DNA of 64,000 nt from Mobula hypostoma (GCF_963921235.1 NC_086109.1:15006001-15070000), one strand, 5' to 3'; shown: positions 51,775-62,863, counted from the stretch's first letter. Notes: generated by a model from the sequence alone, not told the origin. Translations and numbers: made by a program.

Positions 51775-52090
51775 CAATGTTCCCTCTAAGGCATACCTGC
51801 CCACATGCACACGCCTTTTCTACTAGCGCACAAAAGGTTGTCACACCCTACCTCATTGGCACGTTAAGTACATTTCACAATCCTACACGATCACATTTCC
51901 TTTTCCAGTTTCTGACGTGGACGGTGTTGACAACGTGGCATGTGTGATGATTTGTCTGCAGGTTTTAGAGCGGGCTTATCTACACTGATTTTATTGAAGA
52001 AATTATTCAGTATGCACATGTTGCCGTTACTGTGCAACAAAAAAAATTGCACAGCGCAAGATTTTTGCGCACAAGTTAGAGGGAACATTG
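51775..52090. mobile_element. hAT-like MITE
   Basis: Perfect 15-bp TIRs CAATGTTCCCTCTAA / TTAGAGGGAACATTG. Confidence 0.8.
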
Positions 52091-52141
52091 GTTGCAGGTA
52101 ACATTCCCCTTAGCCATTGCATCACAACTCAATCCTAGACT

Positions 52142-52374
52142 CAAACAACAGGAATTCTGCAGATGCTGGAAATTCAAGCAACATACATCAAAGTTGCTGG
52201 TGAACGCAGCAGGCCAAGCAGCATCTATAGGAAGAGGTGCAGTCGACGTTTCAGGCCGAGACCCTTCGTCAGGTCAGTCTGACGAAGGGTCTCGGCCTGA
52301 AACATCGACTGCACCTCTTCCTATAGATGCTGCTTGGCCTGCTGCGTTCACCAGCAACTTTGATGTATGTTGCT
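52142..52374. mobile_element. Young fold-back Penelope-like element with two inverted hammerhead cores
   Basis: 97-bp arms (52176-52272 / 52279-52375) with one mismatch; 13-bp TSD TCAATCCTAGACT (52129-52141 / 52375-52387). Confidence 0.85.
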
Positions 52375-52443
52375 TCAATCCTAGACTGTTGCATTTACTC
52401 TCCCTTGCATTCTAATCTCTATTTCTCTCTCATCGTACAACAG

Positions 52444-52508
52444 AGCAAAGAAAAGCCTATGCACAGAAGCTGAGCTCGGTAGATAACCTGATTGAGCACC
52501 GTGTTGAG
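52444..52508 (+). CDS. EPS8L3: EPS8L3-like coding exon 3 (QRKAYAQKLSSVDNLIEHRVE)
   Basis: Pyrimidine tract and CAACAG acceptor; donor GAG|GTTTGT; RK.Y.Q.L...HRVE matches EPS8L3 as recalled (RKEYSQNL...HRVE); phases 1/0. Confidence 0.9.
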
Positions 52509-52701
52509 GTTTGTGCCTAGACGTTTTTTCCGATTCTTATTGTTCTTCTATGACAATCAATACTGTAACACTGATGAAGATATTTATTAACAGTATTACA
52601 TATCAGCTCTGACTCATGACTGTGAAGAGGTTGTAGATTCATTACTGTATATTGACTGTGACAAGCTTATAATCGTAAACTATATGAACAGTAAAAAATG
52701 A

Positions 52702-53154
52702 GAGATATTATACCATAGTACAATTCTGTATGGCAGAAACTTTGTATCTGTGTAGAAAGATGCTTTACAGCCTATGAAATATTGTTCATGATACAGTGAG
52801 TTTTATAATTGGGAATATGTCAACCAGTGGGTGATACGGTGGCAGCGGTTCGTGTAATGATACTGCAGTGTACAACTTTGGAATGTGTGAGGGAACTGGA
52901 ATAGCTGGAGGAAACCCACATAGCCGTGGGGAGAACGCACGAACTCCTTCCAGACAGCAGTGGACTTGAACCAGGATTGTTGATGCTGTAATGATGTTAC
53001 GCTAACGGCTACTCTACCGTACCGCACAGTGGCCGACATGTTCCCAATTATAAAATTCACCACATCTAGGAAAGTATTTCATAGGCTGTAAAGCTTCTTT
53101 CTATATAGGTACAATGTTTCTGCCTTACTGAATTGTGTCTCGGTATGATATCTC
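52702..53154. repeat. Diverged inverted duplication (~165-bp arms) enclosing a SINE body
   Basis: 52702-52868 is the diverged reverse complement of 52986-53154 (e.g. GCTTTACAGCCTATGAAATA / TATTTCATAGGCTGTAAAGC). Confidence 0.85.
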
Positions 53155-53654
53155 CCGTATCTTAAGCTGTGATGCTTCCGAATAAGATGCTTTCCACGGT
53201 GCTTTCACAAATCTAGTGCCAGAAGGTGGAGTCGTGCCAAATTGTTTTATTCTGAAAACACAGTACTCCATACAGCAACTGGAACATCAACCACGATTCT
53301 TGACGCCCTTCTGCCCAGAGCCAGCACCTGAGCCAAGGCCAAAGCTTAAAAGCCTTCCATTGTAGATTGGTGTCAGGGTTAAGGATAATGGGCTGAGGGA
53401 GCAGGGATTCACCTCCATTTGAACACTAGCATCTCCTAGGTTTGACACATCGGGCCAGGGCTTACACTGGGTTTAAGTGGAAGGTGTTGGGCTCACTTCA
53501 TCATTCAAGTACCCAGTGATCAGCATGTGAGTTCCTGTATGAGGGTCAAGCTGTTAAACATTGCAACGGAGAGGATGTGTTGAGAGTGAAAAATGACCTC
53601 CCAGGATTAGCCCGTCAGGGGAAAGAATGTATAACAGTCAATCCAATCTAATAT

Positions 53655-53882
53655 TGGGCAACATGGTAGCGAAGGGGTTAGCACAACAGTACAGGTGACC
53701 TGGGTTCAATTCCTGCCACTGTCTATAAGGATTCTGTATGTACTCCTGTTGGGTTTCCCCTGGGTGCTCTGGTTTTCTCCCACAGTCCAAACACATACTG
53801 ATTGGTAGGTTAATTGGCCTGTGATTAGGCTGGTGATAAATCAAAGGCCGGAAGTACCTATTCTCCACTGTATCTCAATAAT
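53655..53882 (+). mobile_element. tRNA-derived SINE (HE1-like)
   Basis: B box GGGTTCAATTCC; family body and TGTATCTCAATA tail. Confidence 0.7.
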
Positions 53883-54264
53883 AACAAAAAATTAGTGGTA
53901 GATCTCCAGATGGGAGAGGTTTCATAGAAAAGACAAGAACAGAATCAGAAACAGAATGAGGTGTGTTATCACTGACAGATGCCGTGAAATCTATAGTTTT
54001 GTGGTAGACATAAAAATAACTATAAGTTACAATAAGAAATATAAAAATATAAACATGTTATGCAAAAAGAGGGCCAAATAGTGAGGTAGTGTTCACGGGT
54101 TTATGTACGGTCTGTTCAGAAACCTGACGGCGGAGGGGGAAGAAGCGGAGCCTAAACCATTAGCTAAAGCTATGTGTGCGATGAAATACAGGTACTCTTC
54201 ACTGGCTTTTGACATTGAACTTTCCATTCAGATGTTATAACTATTTCCTGAATTTTCTGTGCAG

Positions 54265-54423
54265 CATTTGATTACCTGTGACCATGACTTGAACAGCAAG
54301 ATAGATGTGGAACATTGCATCCAGCAGCTGAGGAGGTTTGATGCCGAGGGGAAGGTCTGGGGTCAGGACATGTTACTGCAGCTAAGTAACACTTCCTTCA
54401 AACTAGCTGACCTTGAGACGAAG
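54265..54423 (+). CDS. EPS8L3: EPS8L3-like coding exon 4, PTB domain (HLITCDH...GKVWGQDMLLQ...DLETK)
   Basis: Acceptor TTTTCTGTGCAG, donor AAG|GTAAGA, 53 codons; matches the EPS8-family PTB (HL.TC...DA.G.VW.QD.LLQ...D.ETK). Confidence 0.95.
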
Positions 54424-55353
54424 GTAAGAATCCAGAGAAATGATTTCCTTTGTAAAACTGGAACACTGCACTGCTTAGCAAGGCGGGCAGAGTCCATGGA
54501 GAGAGAAACAGATTGACAGTAATGTCGCAGGTAAATGGGTAAGTTGGTAAATCAGGTCATTATTGCCACATGTACCGAAGTACAGTGAAAAGTTTGTCTT
54601 GCATACTGTCCATACAGATCAATTCATCACAAAAGTACCTTGAGTACAAAGTATAACAACAGAATGGAGAATGAAGTGTTACAGTGACAGGGAAAGTGTA
54701 GCCCAGGCAGACAATAAGGTACAAAATCATAGCGAGGTGGATTGTGAGGTCCAGAGTCCATCTTATTGTACTAGGACCCCATTCAATAGTCTTATAACAG
54801 TGAAGTAGAAGCTGTCCTTGACCCTGGTGAATGTGCTTCAAGGCTTTGTATCTTCTTCTCAATGGGAGAAGGGAGAGGAAAGAATGTCCAGGATGAAAAT
54901 GTTGAGATAAGCAAGTGTTAAAAAGCAGAGGAAGGAGAGTCAGATTTAGAGTCAGTTTAAATAACACTGGCATACCATATGTCATGAAATTTGTTGTTTG
55001 ACAGCAGCAGAACATTGTAATACATAATAATTTTTACAAGTATTACTACAATAAGATGGGTCTATAAAAATTAAATTAATTTAGTGCAAAAAGAAAGAGA
55101 AAAAAGAATATTGAGGTAGTGTTCATTGAGGAGAAGAAAGAAAATGAGAGGAAGATGGTGCTAGTTGGAGATAAAATAATAAAGGAGTGGTAGTGAAAGG
55201 CAAAAGCTGGTAGTAATTGGACATGGAGAAAAAACACCAGTCTGGAAGTGATGTAAGTGAGAAAGGCAATAATTATCGAAAATGTAAAAAGGGAAGTGCT
55301 GTTGATGCTGGAAATATGATATGTGAGTAGAAAAGCTTTTTATAGAGTCATTG

Positions 55354-55805
55354 AGTCATAGAGAACTAGAGCACAGAAACAGGCCTTTTGGCCCATCTAG
55401 TCCATGCTGAACCATTATTCTGCCTAATCGTATTGACCTGCACCTGCACCATAGCCTCCATGACCCTCCCATCCACGTACCTATCCAAATTTCTCTTAAA
55501 TGTTGTAACCAAACCCACATTGACCATTTCCGTTGGCAGCTTCTTCCACACTCTCACCTCCCTCTGAGTGAAGAAGTTCCCCCTCAGGTTTCCCTTAAGT
55601 ATTTCACCTTTCAACCTCAAACTATGACCTCTAGCTCTAGTTTCACCACCCTCAGAGGAAAACATCTGCTATCATTGACTCTATCTATACCCCTCATAAT
55701 TTTGTAAAACTCTATCAAATCTCCCTTCATTCTCCTCCGCTCGAGTGAATAAAGTCCTAACCTTATCAAACTTCCCTTATAATTCAAGTCCTGGCAACAT
55801 CTTTG
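55354..55805 (-). mobile_element. CR1 LINE 3' fragment
   Basis: ORF 55366..55665(-) RARGHSLRLKGE...LRGNFFTQR.VRVW. Confidence 0.85.
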
Positions 55806-55995
55806 TAAAGTTTTGACAGGATTATTTAAAAAAAAACTAACTGTATTTTAAAGGTCATATTGAAAGGCAGATGTAAAAAAAATGCCAGAAATGTTCAAAG
55901 GCTCAGGTAGCATTTTGAGAGAGAAACGGACATAATCATTCAGACTGGTTCTTTTTTGCCTGACAATAATGTGGAATCTTTGGTTGCTTTTCCAG

Positions 55996-56145
55996 GATGA
56001 GCTGGAGAATTTTCCCATTGATAATATTCAGGAGAGCCAGTCAATAATGAATAAATGCATCTACAACTCCATCTTGGCTGTCACCATCAGCAGGAGACAC
56101 ATGATGAAGAAAAGTGTCTTCTTATTCCAGTGTGAGGAAATCTCT
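55996..56145 (+). CDS. EPS8L3: EPS8L3-like coding exon 5, PTB domain (DELENFPIDNI...YNSILAVTI...FLFQCEEIS)
   Basis: Acceptor TTTTCCAG, donor TCT|GTGAGT, 50 codons; C.YNSIL..T and LFQC.E resemble EPS8L3 more than EPS8/L1/L2 as I recall them. Confidence 0.95.
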
Positions 56146-56153
56146 GTGAGTAT

Positions 56154-56875
56154 TGCCACGTACCCCGTGACGGGTTAAAGAACCAGCAGAAATGCAAAAC
56201 ACTTGCTGAGTGCCTGTATTGCTATTAACTAATGGTATTTATTAGTGACTACGCAATATAGTAATATAAATGCAGATAAATCAAACAGTTTAGCAATGAT
56301 TATATATAAGTAAGTGTGGAAATATATGAAAACCAAGCTTCTTCAAGTCTAGGGGTAAATAGATAGTCTTATGATGATGAGTAAAGTTCAGTTCAGTTCA
56401 TGGTATTGAGTTGAGTAGTGATGGAGAGAGAGAGAGGGAGAGATTTGAGTCTTCAGGTGAGCTGACGCCATTGATCTTCCTGTTGTCTGTGGAAATCCTT
56501 TAGAAGTCACTGACTGTGACACAACAAAGGGGACCATTCTTCTGTGGTTGAATTATCAACCCAGGCAAGGGTTGGACACACAAGCAACTCCCCACCGGTC
56601 ACGCCCTGTTCACACTGCAAGAGCCACTGATCGATTCACCTGATCGATCCTCCAAAACCCACTTTTTCTGTGGGCACAGCAAAGCTCATTCGGTGTCCAA
56701 AACCATGTGTCTGTCTGTTTATCATCTGACCTTCTGTTTATCTCACCGTGCTGAATACCACCTGTCACTCAAACAGCTCCTCCCTTCTCTGTCTGTAAGA
56801 ATTTCCAAGCAGGCAGTGTCCTTGTAGAAATGTAAACCTGCTGCAGAAAACCCATAACATCATCCAAAGCAGTCT

Positions 56876-56906
<31 letters not shown>

Positions 56907-57005
56907 CCCCTCCCTCCCTCTCTCTCTCTCTCCCTCTCTCTCTCCTTCTCCCTCTCCCTCTTTTCAAAAGCACAGTTCATAGGGGTAATTCAGGACTCTG
57001 TCACA
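56154..57005 (-). mobile_element. Solo LTR (family B, related to A), starting at intron position +9
   Basis: Starts TGCCACGTACCCCG...AACCAGCAGAAATG like the antisense family A end; shares GTCTAGGGGTAAAT; ends TGTCACA; 4-bp TSD GTAT (56150-56153 / 57006-57009); internal (CT)n at ~56877-56960. Confidence 0.88.
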
Positions 57006-57184
57006 GTATACATAATGCAAAAGTAATGCAAAATGGCATAGAGGCTCCAATAGAGAATGGGCGAGAATGGATGAGGTTCCCATGCAGGACTAAATGTACT
57101 TAACAAACTATAAAACTACTGCCAAAACACAAAGAACACAGAGCAAGGCTGAGCTGATGGGGGATCTTTCACCCAATCCATCAT

Positions 57185-57880
57185 TTGAGAGTCCTCATGC
57201 AGAATTCCCTCAAGGTCAATTTGCAGGTAGAATGAGTGGTGAGGTAGGCAAATGTAATGTCAGCAATCATTTCGAGAGGACTGGAATATAAAAGCATTGG
57301 ATGTAATGCTGAGGCTCTATGAAGCACTGGTGAGGCCTCACTTGGAATATTGTGAGCTGCTTTGGGCCTTTTATTTAAGAAGAGATGCGCTGACATTGGA
57401 GAGGCTTCAGAGGAGGTTCACAAGAATGATTCCGGGAGTGACAGGGGTATCATATTAGCAGCAATTGAAGGCTCTGGGCCTGCAGTCACTGGAGTTTAGA
57501 AGAATGAAGGAGGATTTCATTGAAACCTATCAAATGTTGAAAGGCCTAGACAGAGTGGATTTGAAGAGGATGTTTCCTTTGGTGGGAGAGTCTAGGACCA
57601 GAGGACACAGCCTCAAGATAGAGGGATGTTAGAACAGAGATGAGGAAGAATTTCTTTAGCCAGAGAATGGTGAATCTGTGGAATTCATTGCTACATGAGG
57701 CTATGGAGGCTAGATCACTGGGTACATTCAAGGCAGGGGTTTATGGGTTCTTGTTTAGTCTGAGTGTGAAAGGTATGGGCAAAAGGCAGGAGAATGAGAT
57801 TGAGAGGGCAATGGATCAGCCATGGTGAAATGGAGTAGACTCAATGGGCCAAATGGCCTAATACTGCTCCTATGTCTTAA
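57185..57880 (+). mobile_element. CR1 LINE 3' fragment
   Basis: LVRPHLEYC...LERLQRRFTRMIPG and MRKNFFSQRMVNLWNSL. Confidence 0.85.
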
Positions 57881-58354
57881 TAGTCCATGTTTATTACATT
57901 TGGGAATGTTTCACTCAGTTACTGCAGTAAAGTAAACTGATCAATCAATTAAGCCCACGCCTTCCCCATGCGAGGGTAAACCTGTCAGTTTCAGTCCCAT
58001 TCACCATTCTTTTCCTGGAGCTTTGCAAAGTTTTCTCCATTGGGTACCTCACCTCTACCCTTCGGATGACAGCATCTGCTTCCACCACCTTTCCAACTGT
58101 GAACTCCAGATCTCACAAGGTGAATGTGTTTTAGGTGGAGCAGGAAAACTTGAGGTATCTGCTGTGTTAAGCAGTGAACAGTAAGGACACATTAATTGGT
58201 TTCAGTCTGGTCCTTGACAATTGGCTGATACTAGATATGTACTCGAGGTCAGACTGCCCACAGCTGACCATGCCAGCTAAGGGCATGGGAAGGCTATCAG
58301 CTAAGCGTTCTTGGAAGGGCATTTATGTTATACGTATTTGTATTAATCCTAGAG

Positions 58355-58573
58355 ACATAAGATCCTGCAGATGCTGGAACCTGCAGTAACACACAAGAAG
58401 CTGGAGGATATCAAGGGACTTGGCAGCAATGAACCGTCAATGCTTTGGGTCGAGACTTGAACTTCATCTGTTCAGTCCAGATGGAGGGTCCCAACCTAAG
58501 ATATTGACTGTTCATTCCCCCCCATAGATACTGCTTGACCCAATCAGTTTCTCCAGCTGTTTGTGTGTTGCTC
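58355..58573. mobile_element. Old fold-back Penelope-like fragment
   Basis: CTGCAGATGCTGGAA head, with diverged inverted arms (ACACACAAGAAGCTGGAG / CTCCAGCTGTTTGTGTGT). Confidence 0.6.
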
Positions 58574-58914
58574 CATGTGAGCCTTATGGATTGTGAAGGT
58601 GAGTGTTAGGGCATTGGGCCATGATGTCCTGGTCTGGTCCCGACGGTCCCTGCTCCCACAGCCACACCAATTTCCCAAGCTTATGGTTATAAAATGGGCT
58701 CTTGTGTGACGGACAGGCAGGAAGTTGGTGTCCCGGTAAAGAGTCATCTCCTTCACGGGAGGAAAAGAAGAAAATGTGACCGAACCAATCTTCCCAATCT
58801 TCCAACCAATCACTTCCTCGCCTGCACACAGTCAGTTACTGATATAACTGAGGCAAAGCAATGAGCATTTGTTAATTAAATGCATGTTCCTCTCCTCCCC
58901 ATTTCCTAAGCAGG

Positions 58915-58983
58915 CACATACATGCACAGATACATGTGTGTGTGTATATGTATGTATATATATATACACACATACACACACAC
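58915..58983. repeat. Compound (TG)/(TA)/(CA) microsatellite
   Basis: Directly visible. Confidence 0.8.
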
Positions 58984-59057
58984 CATGCAAAATGAAAACT
59001 ATATTTTCCACCATTTCAAACTCAAAATTTATCTAAAATTGCATTACCAATTGATTG

Positions 59058-59529
59058 AGTCCTGGGGTGGCAGGACTTTCATATGATGAAAGACTGGATT
59101 GACTAGGCTTATACTCGCTGGAATTTAGAAGATTGAGGGGGGATCTTATTGAAACGTATAAAATCTTAAAGGGATTGGACAGGCTAGATGCAGGAAGATT
59201 GTTCCCGATGTTGGGGAAGTCCAGAATGAGGGGTCACAGTTTAAGGATAAAGGGGAAGCCTTTTAGGACCGAGATTAGGAAAAACTTCTTCACTCAGAGA
59301 ATGGTGAATCTGTGGAATTCTCTGCCACAGGAAACAGTTGAGGCCAGTTCATTGGCTATATTTAAGAGGGAGTTAGATATGGCCCTTGTGGCTAAAGGGA
59401 TCAGGGGGTATGGAGAGAAGGCAGGTACAGGATTCTGAGTTGGATGATCAGCCATGATCATACTGAGTGGCGGTGTAGGCTCAAAGGGCCGAATGGCCTA
59501 CTCCTGCACCTATTTTCTATGTTTCTATG
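59058..59529 (+). mobile_element. CR1 LINE 3' end
   Basis: ORF 59133..59438 RGDLIETYKILKGLDR...RKNFFTQRMVNLWNSLP; TTCTATGTTTCTATG tail. Confidence 0.92.
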
Positions 59530-60981
59530 TAACATAACTTGCAGGAAAGATTTTCTTGCTGACTCTCGAGTAGCTTATATGAGAACATTCTACCTAGCCA
59601 TCTGTTTTAGTGTTGATGCATTTGGTTTAAGTAGCACCATTTAACATCATAAAGTGTCTCAATTGTTCAGAGGAGCATTTTGAACAAAATTGAACATGGA
59701 ATCTCAAAGGAGAATATTGGGAGATGTAACCAGAAGCTTGATCATGGCAGTGAGGTGTGAAGACCATTGCAGGGAGGGGGAGGCAGAAGTAAAGGGGTTT
59801 GAGGAAAGCCCATCAAAGACTGAACAATGCTGAAGTTCATGAAGGCACGAGCTGCAGGAATTGGTGAACAACGGAGTTTTGGAAGAACATGGGTGATAGA
59901 TTGGAAAGCAGGCATTGGAATAAGCTCAGTGGAATTTTGGATGAGATCAGGATTGTGAGAAGTATAAAATGTGTGGGGACTTCTGACTGGACAACCTGCC
60001 TGACTGAGGCTTGGGGAAAATGAACCTGCTTTTTAAGTGGTAACTTCAAACAACGATCTGTATTAAGCAACTTAATCAAACTCTGTCAGCGCACTGTACC
60101 TGTCCAAAAACCTATCCGAGCTACAGAACAGAAATATGGCCAATATTCCAATCACGTTCACCCAAGGAGGCATTAGTTTCAGACACCTCACTTGACAAAT
60201 TACATAATCGCTCCCTACCTACGTGTGGAATGTGAGCAGTTTTGCACCAGATGTCAACCTGTGGCCACGTGATTTGGGGCATGGGGAACATTAGGCAGAA
60301 AAGGTGAATGGGTGGAAGCAGTAGCTATCTTTAGTGCATATTAACATGAAAAACAAGGAACAAGAAGACAGTGAGTGATACTTCTATCTGACTGCAATGG
60401 TGTGGCTCAAACACGAGCTCACTCACAAAACTGCATCAATATTCCTTTCTTTAAATATTTATCCTACTGCACTTTTAAAAGCTAAATGGACTCTACTTTG
60501 ATATGGACATCAGCCTATTCACCATGTTAACTGAAGTCGAGCTGCTAAGGGCACTAAATAAGAAATGCTATTGGCCATCAATCTCATTGCTGTCTCTCAA
60601 GAACAACCTCCACCAAACAACCCTCTCCAACATTTTCAACAATTCAGATTCAGATTAATTTATTTGTCACATGTACATCAAAACATACAGAGAAATGCAA
60701 CATTTGCATTAACACAGAACAGAGCACTGTACAACACAGTACAGGCCTCTCAACTCACACTGTTGTGCCAACCCTTTAACCTACTCCAAGATCAGCCCAG
60801 CCCTTCCTTCTCTTATATCCTTACATTTTTCCTTCATCCATGTGCCCAAGAGTCTCTCAAATGTTCCTAATGTATTCACCTCTAACACAACCCCGTCAGT
60901 GTGTTCCACACACCTAACAATCCCTGTGTAAAAAAACCTGCCTCTGACATCCTCCCATTACTTTCCTCCAAATACCTCCAA

Positions 60982-61044
60982 GCAAAGCGTCCCAACCTTT
61001 TTTTTAATGCCATGGACCCTTACATTAACCGAGGAGTCCATGGA
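60982..61044. mobile_element. Short hAT-like MITE (second copy at ~61895-61957)
   Basis: TCCCAACC ... GGTTGGGAACCC inverted ends with a shared CATGGACC core in both copies. Confidence 0.55.
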
Positions 61045-61649
61045 CCCCAGGTTGGGAACCCGTGCCTTAAAGTTACGCAATCAATGTACTGAACACAACC
61101 TGAAGACATGTTGGGAGCATCCTTCCAGTGTCACCACGTATCCTGGCATCAGCATATCAGGCCCACAATGTTCAGTGGACTCTAAGTTCTAGGGAAGGAA
61201 AATTGACCCTTTCCTTTAATCCCAAGGACAACTGTATTGCAAGGCACAAGTTCAACATTGACATGTTTAATATCTGCGGTAAGAACTTGCCCCTGGTCAG
61301 TCTGGCAGAACAGACTTTTCTTTTGTAGCTACATGCTAGGAAAAGTCAAAGTATGTGGATGCATCAGGGTTAACAGGGTTCTGCAGGTGGAAAATCAGAC
61401 TTTTTGGGAGACTGCATCATCCTTTTCTTTATCTAGTTAACCACAAACTGCCTCATGGCAAGATCTAATAATCAGAATAGGACTCAGAATCAGATTTATT
61501 ATCACCGGCACATGTCGTGAGATTTGTTAAATTTGTGGGCAGCAGTATCATGTAATGCATAATAATAGAGAAAAAAATGGTGAAAAACTGTGACTGGTCT
61601 GTTACCGTGCTGTATCTGAAAATAAAATAAATCTGTTTTCGTTGAATAG

Positions 61650-61723
61650 GCTGACCTCATGCAAAATGATGTGCAGAAAAAGATCAGAAAAAAGACGGAA
61701 AGTGGAAAGCGGGACATGCCGAG
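61650..61723 (+). CDS. EPS8L3: EPS8L3-like coding exon 6 (ADLMQNDVQKKIRKKTESGKRDMP+AG), end of the PTB domain; 3' boundary uncertain
   Basis: Acceptor TGTTTTCGTTGAATAG, phase 0; A.L...D.QK matches the PTB C-terminal helix; donor is either AG|GCATGT (after 61723) or CAT|GTATTT (after 61727). Confidence 0.8.
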
Positions 61724-61990
61724 GCATGTATTTACGGGGAAGTGTTCCCTAAAGTAGAATTTAATCCAGAATGTCAACTGGAGCTGTCCATTTATAGGAA
61801 ACACAAACCGAGTCTTGAAACAAAATTAGGACTCCTTATGGATCTTCTCCAAAGCAAGCACGCCAAAGACAGTAAAATTATATGACCTTTTAGACCAAGG
61901 GCTCCCAACCTTTATTATGACATGGACCAATACTATTAAACAAGGTTGGGAACCCCTGTTATGATGATAATAATAGCAACAACAATAATA

Positions 61991-62565
61991 ACTGGTACCA
62001 TCCCAAATGCACAACACAATAGTATTAAACAACTAGGGCTACGCAGTAATATCTTCAGAAAGCCACAATACTAAACACCAGTGGAATAGATCGAAAGTTC
62101 CTAGCAACTGGCAAAGGAGCATGCTTGGTATGCCCGTACCTCGGGTTTTACCAGCTGGAGCCGAGCAAAAATAAAACCAATAATAATATTTATTATAAAC
62201 ATCCAAATATAAAAATACAGGATAAACAAGCAAGAACAATTTGTTTACTAGATATAACCATTCCAAACACACATAACTTAAAGAAATCAATAAGTGAAAA
62301 ACACCAGAATTAAACAAGGAAATTGACAGACTTTGGAACATGAACAAGGTATACATTGTCATGATAGTAACATCTACAAGTGGTATCATCCCAAAGTCAC
62401 TACATAATAGCATTAGACAATTAGGGCTACCCAGTAAAATGTCCAGAAAGCCACAATACTAAACACCACTAGCATAGTCCGAAAGTTCCTAGGAATTGAC
62501 AAATCAGCGTGCTTAGCTATGCCCGTACCTCAGGTTTTACCAGCTTGAGGTGAGAAAAAAATAAA
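61991..62565 (+). mobile_element. Two tandem 3' fragments of an R4/Dong-like LINE
   Basis: QDKQARTICLLDITIP...IDRLWNM...SGIIPKSL...QKATILNT.SIVRKFL (restriction-like endonuclease C-terminus); copies at ~61991-62180 and ~62190-62565, bounded by TAA-rich runs. Confidence 0.75.
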
Positions 62566-62863
62566 TATTAATAATGATATTCATGTTTTAGCACCCAGCA
62601 GGTTGTTATAATCTGGAATGCATTCCTTGACAGTTTGGAGAAAGTAGGTTCCATTATAACTGTTAATAAAAACAAAATTGGATAAATTATTGGGAAGTTG
62701 AAATATACTGGATTATGTGTGAATACCAGAGATGGGACTCATTGGATAACTTGTTGAATAGCATCTTTCTGTTTTGTAGAATTCTGTGATTTTATGATAT
62801 GATTCACAAATCTACACACAGATTCAATTAATGAAGATTCACTATTGCCTGGTGATACACACC

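Noticed and set aside
54259..54516. 85-aa ORF as a standalone gene
   Set aside because: Only 54265-54423 is exon; the rest is read-through past the GTAAGA donor. The same applies to ORF 55969..56178.
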